A stretch of 64,000 bases of DNA from assembly GCF_001194135.2 (NCBI RefSeq), contig NC_068991.1:46401765-46465764 (forward strand). The letters run 5' to 3'. Origin of the DNA: Octopus bimaculoides (Eukaryota). Made by a program: the position numbers and the translations under genes. Each line of letters starts with the position of its first letter. The stretch's first letter is position 1. Under the pieces are notes generated by a model. That model was not told the DNA's origin, made no database searches, and saw only the letters and a program-made list of their open reading frames with translations. Shown here in pieces: positions 12,905 through 25,869 of this stretch.

Positions 12905-13685
12905 GCAATGTAGTAAGAAGTTTGCTTCCATAGCACATGGTTCTGGATTCAGTCCCACTGCGTGTCACCTTGGGCCCACATCTTGTACTATAGTCGCAGG
13001 TTGATTAAGATCTTGTAAATAGATATGGTAGATGGAAACTGAACAGTGTTCACACTGACTTCCAAGTTCGGCCTCCCTAGCCTTCATTAGTTTTCACCAA
13101 AACTCAATCAACACTATTCTTGTAAATTAAATAACTGTTCAGTTCAATGTAAAATTCATGCATTAAAACATCAATTCGCCATGATAGATCGCTAGCCACT
13201 ACACATTCCTTTTTTTTCTTTCTCCCCGTGTTTCTCTTCATGTTTTTTTCTGTGGAAGAGCGTAGGCTCGAAACGTTAAAGACTTTTTCACTTCCCGAAG
13301 GTCATACTAATACATCTGTTTGTTTTCGTCACCACCTGTCTTCGCCTTTCGTTTTTTTTTTTTGTGAATTCTCCNNNNNNNNNNNNNNNNNNNNNNNNNN
13401 NNNNNNNNNNNNNNNNNNNNNNNNNNNNNNNNNNNNNNNNNNNNNNNNNNNNNNNNNNNNNNNNNNNNNNNNNNNNNNNNNNNNNNNNNNNNNNNNNNNN
13501 NNNNNNNNNNNNNNNNNNNNNNNNNNNNNNNNNNNNNNNNNNNNNNNNNNNNNNNNNNNNNNNNNNNNNNNNNNNNNNNNNNNNNNNNNNNNNNNNNNNN
13601 NNNNNNNNNNNNNNNNNNNNNNNNNNNNNNNNNNNNNNNNNNNNNNNNNNGGAAACTGAAAGAAGCGCATCGTATGTGTGTGTGC

Positions 13686-13716
<31 letters not shown>

Positions 13717-14623
13717 CGCCTGTGTTTGTCCCCTACCACTGCTTGACAACCAGTGTTGGTGTTTTTACATCGCCGTAAATATTTTTAAAAAACGCATTTG
13801 GCCAAACTTGCACAAACGACATAATATTCCTTTATTCTTTTATTTGTTTCAGTCATCTGACTGCGGCCATGCTGGAGCACCACTTTTAGTCAAAGAAATC
13901 AACCCCAGGACTTATTCTTTTGTGAGCCTAGTACTTATTCTATCGGCCTCTTTTGGTTGAGAAGCAAGCTTCTTACCACATAGCCACAGACATATATGTG
14001 TAAATATACATTTATATATACATATCTTTTATCTTTTACTTGTTTCAGTCATTAGAATGCGGCCAAACTGGGACACCACCTTGTAAAATTTATAGTTGAA
14101 TGTATCAAACCCAGTCCATTTTTAAAGCCTGGGTAGTTATTCTATCGGTCTTTTGACGAATTGCTAAATTACGGGGACATAGACACACCAACATCGGCTA
14201 TCAAGCGGTGAAGGGGGAGACACACATACATAAATATATATATATATATACGACAGGCTTCTTTCAGTTTCCGTATACTAAATCCTCTCACAAAGCTCTG
14301 TTCGGCCCGACGCTGTAGTTGATGACATTTGCACAATGTGCCACGCAGTGGGACTGTATCCGGAACTATGTGGTTGGAAAGCAAGCTTCTTACCACAAAG
14401 TCATGCTTATATATATAGTTTTAAAATGCGCTAGAGTTAGAATCAACAGAAATAATATTAATTTGAATGTACAACCGGAAGAGCTACAAATAGTTTCATG
14501 CCTTTATGATACTTGAACAGGGATATTTATAATATACGCCATGTAAACGTTGTAAGCACACCAACGTCGGTTGTCAAACCTTGGCGGAGGGAGAAACACA
14601 GACACACATACAAATACATACAT

Positions 14624-14656
<33 letters not shown>

Positions 14657-15364
14657 TACATATATATACGACGGGCTTCTTTCAGTTTTCGTCTACCAAA
14701 TCCGTCCACAAGGCTTTGGTCGGACCGAGGCTACTATAGTAGAAGACACTTGCCAAAGGTACCTTGTAGTACGACTGAACCCGGAAACATTTCGTTGGGA
14801 AGCAAGCTTCTTACCACACAACCAAAGTGCATGTATACTCCTATACGTAGGCGCACAACTTCCCACGTATATATGCGTGTGTGTATGTATCTGTCTGTGT
14901 GTGTGTTTGCGGTGTGTGTATGTGAGTGTGTGTATGTATTGATATATGTAAGGGTGCATGTACGTACTTATGAGAGTGCATACGTAACGATGTGTGTGAA
15001 GTTAGATATGGTTGCGAAGACGTCAATACAAGTTTCAGTACATTCTAACTGACGTCATCTCTTTGACGGCCGACTGGTAGCTACATGTACGTCAAACTAT
15101 GACGCACAATCTAACCAACCCTCAAGCCAGCCAGCCAGCCAGCTAACCGACCAGCTCCTCGATAATCTTAGCAGGGGCAATTAACAACACAGTTATGTTG
15201 ATTCATCGTTATCGATATTTGACGATCATAGTGTGTATCGGTGTGCATCTGTCCACATATTGTTTGAAACATATACATGTGTTTGCGTGCGCGTATGTTT
15301 GGGCGCGCGCTCACGCGTGTGTATGTGTGCGTGCACGCGCGTATTTGTAGATACACAGGCGCAA

Positions 15365-15403
<39 letters not shown>

Positions 15404-15600
15404 CATTGTATGATATAGGTGCAGGTGTGGGTGTGTGGGAAAAAGTTTGCTTCCAAATCATGTGCTTCAGGGTTCATTGTCACTGCGTGGTACTTTCGTC
15501 TGGTGTCTTCTACCATGGTCCCAGGCTGACCAAATGCTTGTGAGTGGGCTTGGTAGACAGAAATTGAAAGAAACCCGTCGTGTGTGTATGTATGTATGTA
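12905..15600. mobile_element. Cluster of SINE family B copies (+12905-13050, +13651-13780, -13830-13950, -14025-14405, -14540-14825, +15430-15600)
   Basis: Repeated ggttcagtcccactgcgtgg, gaaactgaaagaagccc and gcttgacaacc motifs on both strands. Confidence 0.85.
13180..13374 (+). mobile_element. Penelope-like terminal repeat (family H2) with a hammerhead-like motif at 13245-13282
   Basis: Homologous to 41490-41655 (+), 62690-62876 (-) and about 34000-34140 (-). Contains CTGTGGA-A-GAGC-GTAG-GCTC-GAAAC-GTT-AAAGA. Confidence 0.6.
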
Positions 15601-15664
15601 CGTATGCGTGTGTGCGTCTGTGCATAACGAAAAAAATTAACTAGATTATGGTTAGGAGACGATA

Positions 15665-16250
15665 GTTTGCTTTAAGAAGACGCCCTCAGATTCCACCACA
15701 TCCCCAAGCGTCTCAGGAACCTGGCTCATGCGTTTCTGACTAAGTCCATGGACCGATCTTTGAACAGTTCCTTGATTTGGGCCACTAGCTCAACCTTGGT
15801 TCTGCTACAGGCATAGCAGCTGGTGTCTTTATAAAATGGACCTTACACATTAATAATCATTAAGATTACAATCGGAGGAATTAGGTGGCCAGAAATTGCA
15901 GCTGGTGAAGTTGTAGAAATTCTCCGACAACCAGTTGTGACTCCTTCCGGAAATATGACCTGGACCCGAATCCTGCTGCCACACATGGTCTTCCAGTTTG
16001 ACCACAGCCTCAGGTTCACATCTGCCTGGCGTATCATGATACCACCCTTACCGGAGAAACACCCATAGAGAACTTGGTGTCCATGTCACGTCTTGCGACC
16101 TTTACAGTGTTTGCAGAGTATTGAGTAGCAGTCATATTATATGCATTCTGATACTCAGTACGGATCTTGATACAAGTAACTCTTTTCCTATATTGAGAGG
16201 ACTTCCGGTGTTCCATGTCAGCTAACTCTTTCCAAAATACGATTTTAATC
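15665..16250 (-). mobile_element. Tc1/mariner-superfamily DD37D (maT-like) transposase pseudogene fragment
   Basis: Minus frame VWQQDSGPGH...WLSENF...FWPPNSSDCNLNDY*. The D codons at 15970-15972 and 15856-15858 are exactly 37 codons apart. Confidence 0.8.
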
Positions 16251-16730
16251 ATTATTCATTATTCTCTCCAAAGCTGTTCACTTTTCACCTATACATCGAA
16301 CTGATCCTGGAAAAAGGAGATATACGTTTAACCCGAACACCCTGTATGCGTGTGCGTTTGTAAACACACACACGCACGCACACATACACATACACATATA
16401 TCCATGTTTACATCCAAGAATTTACTTATGATTATTTGAGCGCTTATATACATATATATAGAGAGAGAGAGATGCACTTGCATAGCAAGTGACCTGATCT
16501 GAGATCGTGTGCTGGAACGAAAACAATTGCAGCGTGGAAGGTGTTTATAAGCCATTTAAAATAACACACAAAATCCGTTAGATTCACTTCAACATTTAAA
16601 TTTAATTTGTCAAAATATTTTCGTCGCTTTGAGACCGCGACCTGTTCACTGACAAAATATGTATATATTTTATGTATACAGGAATGTATATTTCTGCATG
16701 TATAAGCATGCGCCTATGGAGCTATGAGGG

Positions 16731-16770
<40 letters not shown>

Positions 16771-17260
16771 GTGCATACGAGTGTATAGGTATATATGATG
16801 TGTATGTGAATGTGTACGTGTGTATTACTACAATGTCTGTAGATAATGTAACCTGTGTATGAACGTGTGGTGGGTACACACGCACGAGCGAGCGGCTGTG
16901 TGTGCGCGTGCGAGCCAGAATAGTGCGTGCAAGATTAGTGCGTGAGCGCGCGTGCAAGATTAGTACTGAGGTGTATAAAAAGGTGTGCATGTGCTTATAT
17001 TATGTGTGTGCATGTGCGTATGACATTCAGCGTGAATCATATTCATAGATGAAAGTACATCTACGCGCCTAAGTGCGGGTGCCTTCGTGTGTGTAGGTGC
17101 ATGATAGCATGAATATGTGTGTTTGTGTACGTATATAGGGGGAGGTCTATAGTATAAACAATCGATGGTGGACATAATGACGTCATTCTCCAATGAAAGG
17201 TGTGCAGAAATAATTTTAGTGCCGCTTAATAATAATTGTATTGTGCGAAATGGATATATA

Positions 17261-17299
<39 letters not shown>

Positions 17300-17345
17300 A
17301 TGTGTCTGTTGTATGTATATATGTGTGTATGTAGATACGAATAGC

Positions 17346-17378
<33 letters not shown>

Positions 17379-17469
17379 ACGTATGTATATACATATATAG
17401 TTATATATATATATATATACACAGGTATATATATACATGCATGTATATATATGTATATATATATATATG

Positions 17470-17530
<61 letters not shown>

Positions 17531-19039
17531 NNNNNNNNNNNNNNNNNNNNNNNNNNNNNNNNNNNNNNNNNNNNNNNNNNNNNNNNNNNNNNNNNNNNNN
17601 NNNNNNNNNNNNNNNNNNNNNNNNNNNNNNNNNNNNNNNNNNNNNNNNNNNNNNNNNNNNNNNNNNNNNNNNNNNNNNNNNNNNNNNNNNNNNNNNNNNN
17701 NNNNNNNNNNNNNNNNNNNNNNNNNNNNNNNNNNNNNNNNNNNNNNNNNNNNNNNNNNNNNNNNNNNNNNNNNNNNNNNNNNNNNNNNNNNNNNNNNNNN
17801 NNNNNNNNNNNNNNNNNNNNNNNNNNNNNNNNNNNNNNNNNNNNNNNNNNNNNNNNNNNNNNNNNNNNNNNNNNNNNNNNNNNNNNNNNNNNNNNNNNNN
17901 NNNNNNNNNNNNNNNNNNNNNNNNNNNNNNNNNNNNNNNNNNNNNNNNNNNNNNNNNNNNNNNNNNNNNNNNNNNNNNNNNNNNNNNNNNNNNNNNNNNN
18001 NNNNNNNNNNNNNNNNNNNNNNNNNNNNNNNNNNNNNNNNNNNNNNNNNNNNNNNNNNNNNNNNNNNNNNNNNNNNNNNNNNNNNNNNNNNNNNNNNNNN
18101 NNNNNNNNNNNNNNNNNNNNNNNNNNNNNNNNNNNNNNNNNNNNNNNNNNNNNNNNNNNNNNNNNNNNNNNNNNNNNNNNNNNNNNNNNNNNNNNNNNNN
18201 NNNNNNNNNNNNNNNNNNNNNNNNNNNNNNNNNNNNNNNNNNNNNNNNNNNNNNNNNNNNNNNNNNNNNNNNNNNNNNNNNNNNNNNNNNNNNNNNNNNN
18301 NNNNNNNNNNNNNNNNNNNNNNNNNNNNNNNNNNNNNNNNNNNNNNNNNNNNNNNNNNNNNNNNNNNNNNNNNNNNNNNNNNNNNNNNNNNNNNNNNNNN
18401 NNNNNNNNNNNNNNNNNNNNNNNNNNNNNNNNNNNNNNNNATATACACACATATATATGTATATATATATATATGTGTGTGTGTATATATATATGTATAT
18501 AAATATATATATATAAATATACATATATACATATATACACACACATATATATATATATGTGTGTGTGCGTGTATATATATATATATATATATATATACTG
18601 TCGTGTATATATAAATATATATATATATGTGATGTACATATATATATGTGTGTGTGCGTGTATGTGTGTGCGTTTGAGAGAGAGAGAGGGGGGAGGAAAG
18701 ATGGGGAATGAATTTGTGGCTGTGAGATATATACATACCTCATTAGAAGTAGAAATAACGTAACACTATATCTATTATTTCGATCTTAAGATGAATCATT
18801 CTGATTCAGGGCAATCACTTACTCATATTTCCCTTTCTCTCTCTTTTTCTCTCTCTCTCTTTTTATCTATTATCTATCTCTGTGCCTCCCTCTTTCTCTC
18901 TTGCTTGCTCGCTCTATTTCTTTTGCTCCCGTCACGCTTGATCTGTGAAATGGACAAACAGATAAGCTTGCAAAGGCACGTATACAAAATTATACACTGT
19001 TTAGTTATATTATATATTTTTCATTTTGGTGTGACTTTG

Positions 19040-19300
19040 TTGTAAGACGTTTGATTCCTAATCACATGTTTCCGGGTTCAGTCCCACTGTGTGACACTTT
19101 GGGCAAGTGTCTTCTGCTATAACCTAGGGCCGACCAAAGCCTTGTGAGTGGACCTGGTAAACGAAAACTGAAAGAAGCCCGTCATGCGTATATATATATA
19201 CATGGTTTGTGTGTGTATCTTTGTGTCTCTGTTTGTCACCTACCTCTGCTTGGCAACCGGTGTTGGTGTATTTACGTCACCGTACCTAGCGGTTCGGCAA
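19040..19300 (+). mobile_element. SINE family B
   Basis: ccgggttcagtcccactg...cttgtgagtgga...aaactgaaagaagcccgtc, internal (TA/TG)n, then gcggttcggcaaaa. Confidence 0.85.
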
Positions 19301-19364
19301 AAAGAGGTAGGGGAAAAACAGACAATAATAATAATAATTATTATTATTATTATTATTATTATTA

Positions 19365-19420
<56 letters not shown>

Positions 19421-19430
19421 GTTGTTGTTA

Positions 19431-19765
19431 AGTAGTTTCATTTTTATAACGTGCTTTCACTTCACTACCGAGTGCAGCTCTGTGTGCCTTGGGTATGTGC
19501 TGTGGTTTGCTGTGATGCTCTTATGGTTACTGTATTGAAAGTGTTTTGCGTAGGATGTGCGCAGTGCCCAGTAGTGCAATTTTCTGTATGTTATATATAT
19601 TTGTAAGTCCTGGTGTTTTTGTTATGTATTTGTCTGAATATTTTTTTTATCATACCTAATGCGCCCACTATGATAGAAATTGTATCCGTTTTTAGACTCC
19701 ACATTCGAGCTTCCTCTATTTCCAGGTCTTTGTATTCTGAAAGCTTCTCCATTTCTCTTAGAGAA
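19431..19765 (-). mobile_element. R4/Dong-like LINE 3' end, family F2
   Basis: KLSEYKDLEIE..RMWSLKT..I.IIVGALG.IKK and ..KIALLGTAHILRK; 3' UTR nearly identical to 27552 and 57427. Abuts (TAT)n 19338-19420; a gap follows. Confidence 0.9.
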
Positions 19766-20237
19766 NNNNNNNNNNNNNNNNNNNNNNNNNNNNNNNNNNN
19801 NNNNNNNNNNNNNNNNNNNNNNNNNNNNNNNNNNNNNNNNNNNNNNNNNNNNNNNNNNNNNNNNNNNNNNNNNNNNNNNNNNNNNNNNNNNNNNNNNNNN
19901 NNNNNNNNNNNNNNNNNNNNNNNNNNNNNNNNNNNNNNNNNNNNNNNNNNNNNNNNNNNNNNNNNNNNNNNNNNNNNNNNNNNNNNNNNNNNNNNNNNNN
20001 NNNNNNNNNNNNNNNNNNNNNNNNNNNNNNNNNNNNNNNNNNNNNNNNNNNNNNNNNNNNNNNNNNNNNNNNNNNNNNNNNNNNNNNNNNNNNNNNNNNN
20101 NNNNNNNNNNNNNNNNNNNNNNNNNNNNNNNNNNNNNNNNNNNNNNNNNNNNNNNNNNNNNNNNNNNNNNNNNNNNNNNNNNNNNNNNNNNNNNNNNNNN
20201 NNNNNNNNNNNNNNNNNNNNNNNNNNNNNNNNNNNNN

Positions 20238-20353
<116 letters not shown>

Positions 20354-20544
20354 GATCCAACTTGTACAAATGCAAAGCAAAAGTCAAACATAAAATAATA
20401 ATAATAATAATACTTTTCTACTCCAGGCACAAGGTCCGAAATTTTGGGGGAAAGGGCCAGTCGATTACTACTAATACTACTACTATAATGAGTGAATAGG
20501 TTCATTAACAGATACGCTGTTCTCCCTTTCTCACGTGCACGAGG

Positions 20545-20780
20545 ACGATACTCTGAGGTATTGTACTCATGATCGCGAGATCGTGGTTTCGATTCTCGTT
20601 CCGGGCAGTATGTTGTGTTCTTGAGAAAAACACATTGTTTTATGTTGCTCTGCGATCACATCGACATCTGACGTATAGCAAGCACATGGTGCATCAGTAG
20701 AGGCAATGTCGACTTCATGGAGAGACTAAGCTACCGTACAACGCAAACGTTAGATCACAATGTGTGACAAAGACATCAAT
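20545..20780 (+). mobile_element. Degenerate tRNA-SINE with a C-type head and a third tail type
   Basis: gtggtttcgattctc B box and gtgttcttgagaaaaacac CORE-like segment; the downstream sequence differs from families C and D. Confidence 0.55.
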
Positions 20781-21374
20781 AATTGCTCAAAATGAATATT
20801 TAATGAACGCCAACATATGAATCTATTTATCTAAATATGCATTTATACATGCATGTATTTATATTTGTATAAACTAAGGAATATGTGTAGACACAGTCAT
20901 GATATAGTAATTAAGAAGTTCCTTTTGTGGTCATGTGGTGTTGTGTTGGATCCCACTGCGTGTTATCTTTACCACAGCCTCGTGTCACTACAAGCTTTGT
21001 GAATGAAACTGGGCGAATGGAGATTGTATGGAGGCCCGTCGGACGGAACGTACCGGTATTTCAAAAGTCCAGTGTTATCACAATAGCCCACGGATTTGGT
21101 TTGAGAATTACATTACAAATACATGTATGTGCAGAATACTCAGTGCAGACACATTAGTTTAGAGTCAGATGTTTTATTGGTAGAACAACTGAATACTCAT
21201 CGTCAAAAGTTAGGGTGGATCCATCGCTTCATCTATCTATCTATCTGTCTGTCTATCTATTTATCTACTTATCAGACAATTTGCTTATCTGTCTATCAGC
21301 TATGAATATCTAAAGGCTGATGTTTTAAACGATTTGGCCTAACCATTACTATAGAAAAGGAACATAATTCTTTA

Positions 21375-21743
21375 AACTTGTTGTTGGCACTCCGTCGCTT
21401 ACGACGTCGAGGGTTCCACTTGATCCGATCAGCGGAACAGCCTGCTTGGGAAATTAACGTGCAAGTGGCTCAGCACTCCACAGACACGTGTACCTTTAAC
21501 GTAGTTCTCGGGCATATTCAGCGTGACACAGAGTGACAAGGCTGACCCTTTGAATTACAAGAGTGAGAGAAAGTTGTCGTGAAAGAGTACAGCAGGGTTC
21601 ACCACCATCCCCTGCCGGAGCCTCGTGGAGCTTTTTAGGTGTTTTTGCTCAATAAAGACTCACAACGCCCGGTCTGGGAATCGAAACCGTGATCCTATGA
21701 CCGCGAGTCCGCTGCCCTAACCACTGGGCCATTGCGCCTCCAC
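21375..21743 (-). mobile_element. tRNA-derived SINE (variant head plus tail type 2)
   Basis: Reverse complement has A box TGGCCCAGTGG and B box GTTTCGATTCC; the 3' module is homologous to 25490-25660 and ends in caacaacaa. Confidence 0.8.
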
Positions 21744-21764
21744 TATTCTATAAACTATAAACTA

Positions 21765-22390
21765 CTTAGACGCCAGCTGCAACCTAGCCATGTGACTACA
21801 TGAACCCTACATAAAACATCGAATACAAACCTCAAATATATAAACGCATCGAGTAACCATCCGAACTTTATTAAAAAAGAGGACTGGTACAAAGCATCAG
21901 CTAAAGAATTTCAGGCCTCTCTTCCAACAAAGATATCTTTAATGAGTATAAGGAATTCTACAATAGCGCATTACAAAAAGCAGATTATAAGCAAAAAATT
22001 AAATATCTAGACTTAGAACACTATAGAAATAATCGGAATAACATAAATGCGCAAGACAATTATCATAACAGTAACTATACTCCAAATGACATTAACAACC
22101 ATAACAACAATATGAGCAACATTAATAAGATTAACAACAATAATAATAACAAAAAAAAACAATAAGATTAATGATAAGTTTCAAACTAAGATAACTAACA
22201 TTAAAAATGATAACAAAAGTAATACCAACAATGTGAAAAATAATAATATTAAGAATACTAATATGAATAACAAAAATTTGAATATTAATAAGAATAAAAA
22301 TAACCCACCCTAAAGAACCAATATAACTCCAGTTAAAAATGCTTGGTATTATTATTCTTAACTGATATACTGAAACAGCTGTAAACTTAC
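21765..22390 (+). mobile_element. Penelope-like element remnant: RT thumb fragment, low-complexity AAT/AAC region, internally deleted hammerhead motif
   Basis: Frameshifted translation NASSNHPNFIK...KRISGLSSNKDIFNEYKEFYNSALQKADYKQKIKY; CTGAT...GAAACAGCTGTA at 22362-22383. Confidence 0.6.
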
Positions 22391-22615
22391 TCTAACTTAC
22401 TCTCATCTTACTTAATTAAACAATGGCTTTATAACACGAAAAGATCCACTTCTCATTGCTATTTATTTCTCCATTTTCTTATCGTCTTTATATACATCAA
22501 ACTACGGTTTACCTTTTAAATTACCTACTACCGTACACCTTATAACAAGGACCATACATACTGAGGTAATTACCAGGAGTGCCTCTGGATACATCTATCC
22601 CTTAGATGGTTTTAA

Positions 22616-22666
<51 letters not shown>

Positions 22667-23009
22667 ATATATATATATATATATNNNNNNNNNNNNNNNN
22701 NNNNNNNNNNNNNNNNNNNNNNNNNNNNNNNNNNNNNNNNNNNNNNNNNNNNNNNNNNNNNNNNNNNNNNNNNNNNNNNNNNNNNNNNNNNNNNNNNNNN
22801 NNNNNNNNNNNNNNNNNNNNNNNNNNNNNNNNNNNNNNNNNNNNNNNNNNNNNNNNNNNNNNNNNNNNNNNNNNNNNNNNNNNNNNNNNNNNNNNNNNNN
22901 NNNNNNNNNNNNNNNNNNNNNNNNNNNNNNNNNNNNNNNNNNNNNNNNNNNNNNNNNNNNNNNNNNNNNNNNNNNNNNNNNNNNNNNNNNNNNNATATAT
23001 ATATATTCT

Positions 23010-23215
23010 TTCTGTTATAGGCAGAAGATCTGAATTTTGGGGAAAAACGGGGTTAGTCAATGACATCGGCCACAGTGCTAAACTGGTACTTATTTTAGCG
23101 ACCCCGTTAAGGTAAAGAAGCAAAATTGACCCCCGAAGGAATTTGAGCTCAAAACGTAAAGCCGGAAAAAATGCCACTCTATGTTTCCGGCATGCAAGCG
23201 ATTCTGGCGACTCGC
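23010..23215 (-). mobile_element. SINE family A
   Basis: gaatttgagctca (B box reverse complement) and ttttagcgaccccg.aagg.aaag..gcaaa. Confidence 0.7.
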
Positions 23216-24046
23216 CGCCTTTGTGTATATATGCATATTCATGTATGCATTGATGTATGTATGTATGTATGTTATCAATCAGTTACATTTCTGCATTTCT
23301 TGTTCATAGAGAAAGAGCCGGACTCTAACATAGATTCAAGGCTCCTTCATTGGAACTTTTATCAACATCATCTAGCTATTTGTGCATATGTGTATGTGTG
23401 TGCAGTATTTGGTGTTAGTGTATGCGCAGATTTGTATGTTTGTTTTATGGATGCGTTTTTATGTATATATTTTCATGTCTAGATGCATGCATATGTATTT
23501 ATGTGCTAAATTTTTGGAAAGTTTTACATATCTTTACAGTTCCATTGATGGCTTTAATCTGTACTCTTCTAATCAGCCTTTTTCTTTCAGGTTTTGAGAA
23601 CCCTAATTTTTCCAGGTTTTTGTATGTATGTATGTATGTATGTATGTATTCGTGTGGGGGGATGCGCGGAGGGAGTGGGGATGTGGGGGGATGTGTATGG
23701 GGGATATGTATGGGGGTATGCGTGAGGGATGCGTGTGGGGGGTTGAGTGTAGGAGGATGCGTGTGGAGGTGGGCACCGATGCAAACAACTAATACGTTTT
23801 TATCTTTATCTTTTATTGTTTTCAATCCATCTCTTAAAACGTATGTATTTTTCTCAACAAGATATCCGGACCATGACCTCGCATTCAACCTGAAGGCCGA
23901 GGCTATGAACTTCCACGACCCCGATTGGTTTTTGTCTAAGAAAACTACTTTTTCTAATTGAGTTAGTATTCTTCGCTCTGTTTTTCTTTGGCTTTTCCGA
24001 CGGTGTGTGTCATTGACAAACTTATTAATGTTTATGATTTATCTCT

Positions 24047-24080
<34 letters not shown>

Positions 24081-24586
24081 TTTATTCTTATGATTCTCCT
24101 TCGTTTCGCTATTTATATATTTTTACTGCAGAGGACAAAAATATGTATTTGAAAACAACTGTAATGATGCATGAATGCTCTATATTTCCAGAACCATTGA
24201 AAACTATTCTGGTGATTGCGGTGATGGTGTTGTAGCTGGTGAAGACGGGGGTAAGAGGAAGCGGAGATTGGTGTTGGACAAGAAGGGGGAGGTGAGGGTG
24301 GGTTGCAATTTTAATGGCTGAAAATGAATGCATTCGTATTTCAAGCAAGGCTTACTTACTTAACGCTGGTATTTCTGCGAGAAACGTAAAAATTAAGCCG
24401 TCACGTGCCTAAAACTGTGAATACACGTGCGTGTGTGTATACATATGCCCATGCGCCAATGTTTATCTGCGCGTAAGAAGCTATATTAGTACGCATGCAT
24501 GTAGATATGAATGTGTGTGAGAATCCACTATACGTATGTGTGCTTGTGCGTGTGTGAGCTAGTGTGTGTGCTAGTGAGTGTGTGTG

Positions 24587-24637
<51 letters not shown>

Positions 24638-25350
24638 CTGTCTGTCTGTCTGTGTGTCATTTGCGTATTACATTTTATGTTCTCGTGTAGTTCAGGCGGT
24701 AATGCAGTTAATGTATGTATTCAGATACGCGGTTTCATGTCTTTTTCACATGTGCTTGTGTCAATATAATCTGTGTGTGTATGTTTGTGTGTGTGTGCGT
24801 GCGTATAAATGTTTCTCTGTGTGTGTGTGTAAAAGTTTGTGTGTGTGTGTGTGTATGTGTGTGTGTATGCGAGTGTGTGTGTGTGAGGGGGTGTGTGTGA
24901 GGGAGTGCGTGTGTAGGATTGCAATCGCCGAAGAGAACTCAGTAAACTCTTTAGAAACGTGTCTGCGATCAGATTTTTATTCTTAGATGTAGCCGTTTCC
25001 ACTGCCCATGACCTTGGGAAATATATAAGCTTATAATTAACGGATGTTTATTGTTTTGTATTGACTTACGTAGAGGTCAGCGAAGTGTCACAAGCCGCTG
25101 CCCGGCGAATACTGCATTTAGTTTCGATAATCTCCATTCTGAGTTCGATTCCCTTCCAGGTCGACTTTGTTCATTTCTGTCCTCGAAAAAGTACAATAGC
25201 ACCAAGACATCAGCAAACTATCGGTCATCAGTTGATCATTTAGAATTTTTTATACTACTTGTTCCAAATCTTGGTCCACTGAGTTCAAATCCCACACTGG
25301 CGAACTCATGTTTTTAAGTCGATAAACAAAACACTAGTCCACTATAGTGT

Positions 25351-25660
25351 AGGCGCGTGGCCTAGTGGTTAGAGTATTTGGTTCACGGTCTTAAAGTCAT
25401 GAATTCGATTCCCGGCGGTGCGATGTGTCCTTGAGCAAGATGCTTTGTTTCACATTGTTCAAGTCCACTCAGCTGTCAAAAATGAGTTGTACTTGTATTT
25501 CGAAGGGTCAGCCTTGTCTCTTTCTGTGTCACGCTGAATTTTCTTGTGAACTATGTTAAGGGTATGCATGTCTATGGAGTTCTCAGCCACTTGCACGTTA
25601 ATTTCACGAGCAGGCTGTTTTGTTGATCGGATCAACTGGAACCCTCGTCATCGTAGCCGA
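25351..25660 (+). mobile_element. tRNA-derived SINE, family D (C-type head, CORE-like segment, tail type 2)
   Basis: aggcgcgtggcctagtggttag, aattcgattcc, gtgtccttgagcaagatgctt, agtccactcagctg.caaaaatgag, then gaagggtcagccttgtc. Confidence 0.8.
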
Positions 25661-25869
25661 CTAATCCATGAAAGTCTACAGTCACATATAGAAAAATTAA
25701 TAAGTAAAAGCACGAGAAATAAGTATAATATAATACTAAGTAAATATCATAAGATAAAGATTCCTGGATGACTGCGCCGTATCTTGGAACAGAAATGTGG
25801 AAGACCTTAAAAGATTCGTTAAATGAATAAAAAGCATTCAGGAATTGATCCATTTCCCCAAGGAAAGGA

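Noticed and set aside
16600-16660. Possible further hammerhead relics (16600-16660 on minus; also about 42610-42650 on minus and 48100-48120)
   Set aside because: Core nucleotides are missing or the stems are incomplete; too degenerate to call.
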